DNA of 64,000 nt from Selaginella moellendorffii (lineage: Eukaryota > Plantae > Lycopodiophyta): the NCBI RefSeq assembly GCF_000143415.4, contig NW_003314286.1:1-64000 (forward strand), in the 5' to 3' direction. Under the pieces are notes generated by a model, which worked only from the letters and a program-made list of their open reading frames with translations, was not told where the DNA came from and did not search any database. Below are positions 62,521 through 64,000 of the stretch, one piece after another. Position 1 is the stretch's first letter. The number at the start of each line of letters is the position of its first letter. The position numbers and the translations under genes are program-made.

Positions 62521-64000
62521 ATTGTAGCTGCAATGGATAAAGCAGCAAACAGCAAACAATTTTTTTGTTTTACCGAGTTTCGATTACTACATGTGATAAA
62601 AATGTTAATAAGAACTAGCTGAATTAATCAGCTTTATAAATCCACATACAAACCCTGCTTCGAAAGATTATTGTATAAACCAAGATAATAAGACAACCAA
62701 AGAAACAAAGATATGAAAATACATAGAAATGCAAACATATGTCTGTTAAATAAATGCTTATACTAGATGAAACCATAGTGCAATTTCACAAATTCTAAGA
62801 TTTGAGAATCAAGAAATTTGACATTTTATTTTTTATGGTAACTAGTAAAAACATTTTTAATATGAATGAAATAACCACCACATTATGCGAAGAATGTTGT
62901 GGTTGAAGCTGGCATTGTGGTGGATGTTTAAAACAAAAAGTAGTACGAAAAACATCTTTATAGGATTTTAAAATTTTGTTACAACATTATAATCATTGAA
63001 TGGTTTGCATATGTCATTCCCCAGCAAGGTTACATTTAAGATTGAAATTTCATAGTTTTATTTATTGCTAAAAAATGAGGTATGAGATTTTTAAATTAAA
63101 ATCATATAGTTTTTATAATGGTTTTAAAGTGTAATAGGATATTTATCAACCAAAGTTTTATACTAAGATTGTAGAATATAATGATGAATCTAATGAGAGT
63201 TACAGTGGTGAAAATAAGCATACAAGAAATATTGAGGTATTTCAATATTTTCATGAATTAGCTATATATATAATATGTGAATTTGCAAAATACTATGAAG
63301 GCTATAATACTAAAGGAATAAATAGAATAATATGCCAAAGAAATTGATGAACATATGAGGCTAGTGTAAATGATACAGGACAAACAAGATATTACTTTTA
63401 AGTTTAATATATTTTTTGAATTAATAAAAAAATTGTAAAAAATATGTAACTTTAATTTGTGAGCTATAAGGAACTATATATTGATCAAGCCATTGTTCTG
63501 CTAAAAAAATCATCTATGGCTTTAGAAAAATCTGATGTATAAATTTATATAATTTTCAATGTAAATTTAAAATATGTGATTTCTATGTAAGCTGTTATAA
63601 AAGACATCAATACAATTGTAATGTAGTATTCTAAAATTCATGTTATATGCTAGCATGTATTTGGTAGATCAAGAAGTAAATATTTATATCACTTTCAATA
63701 CAATTGAAAACTAAAGATTTTTATATTGTATAGATTGTTATAAAAAGCAAACCTAAATATAGTATAAGGTAAATTATTGTAAGGTTTTAAATATTTTATT
63801 ATATAATTTCTTTTTAAATTCATATAAAAAATAATTTAGAAAGTGATGTTAATGCTGGTGTTATGTGAAGGACATAACAATTTACCTGTATAGTAAAGAA
63901 TAAGGTGAACAAATATTTTCTAGCCCAGTTAAATATATTTTAAGTATAATGAATACAATATATTGTAGTATAATGAAAAACAAAGGATGAGCTTCCACTA

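Overview
Eukaryotic plant DNA, almost entirely nested, decayed transposable elements, with four N gaps (26501-26713, 31455-32080, 33782-33881, 46506-46813). The 47-66 nt introns, a PLS-type PPR remnant and a Tcn1-like chromovirus suggest a non-seed plant such as Selaginella (inference). From left to right: an intron-containing MULE-type transposase pseudogene with a GCM/WRKY-like N-terminal module and a SWIM finger; several copies of a Tat-like Ty3/gypsy family (A, plus an older relative A') with an extra archaeal-type RNase H between protease and RT; a fold-back pair of Tcn1-like chromovirus copies; a 5'-truncated L1-type LINE with a 17-bp TSD; two copies of a chromovirus family (B); a probable non-autonomous relative of B (C); a Cassandra-like 5S-bearing element inside a TRIM inside an integrase; and an AT-rich right end with host gene fragments (phospholipid scramblase 3' exons, PPR). 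The most striking signal is that both family B copies carry two short GT-AG-type introns inside the integrase. One lies just upstream of the catalytic Glu and contains an in-frame stop, so active integrase would require splicing while the unspliced RNA is what gets copied.
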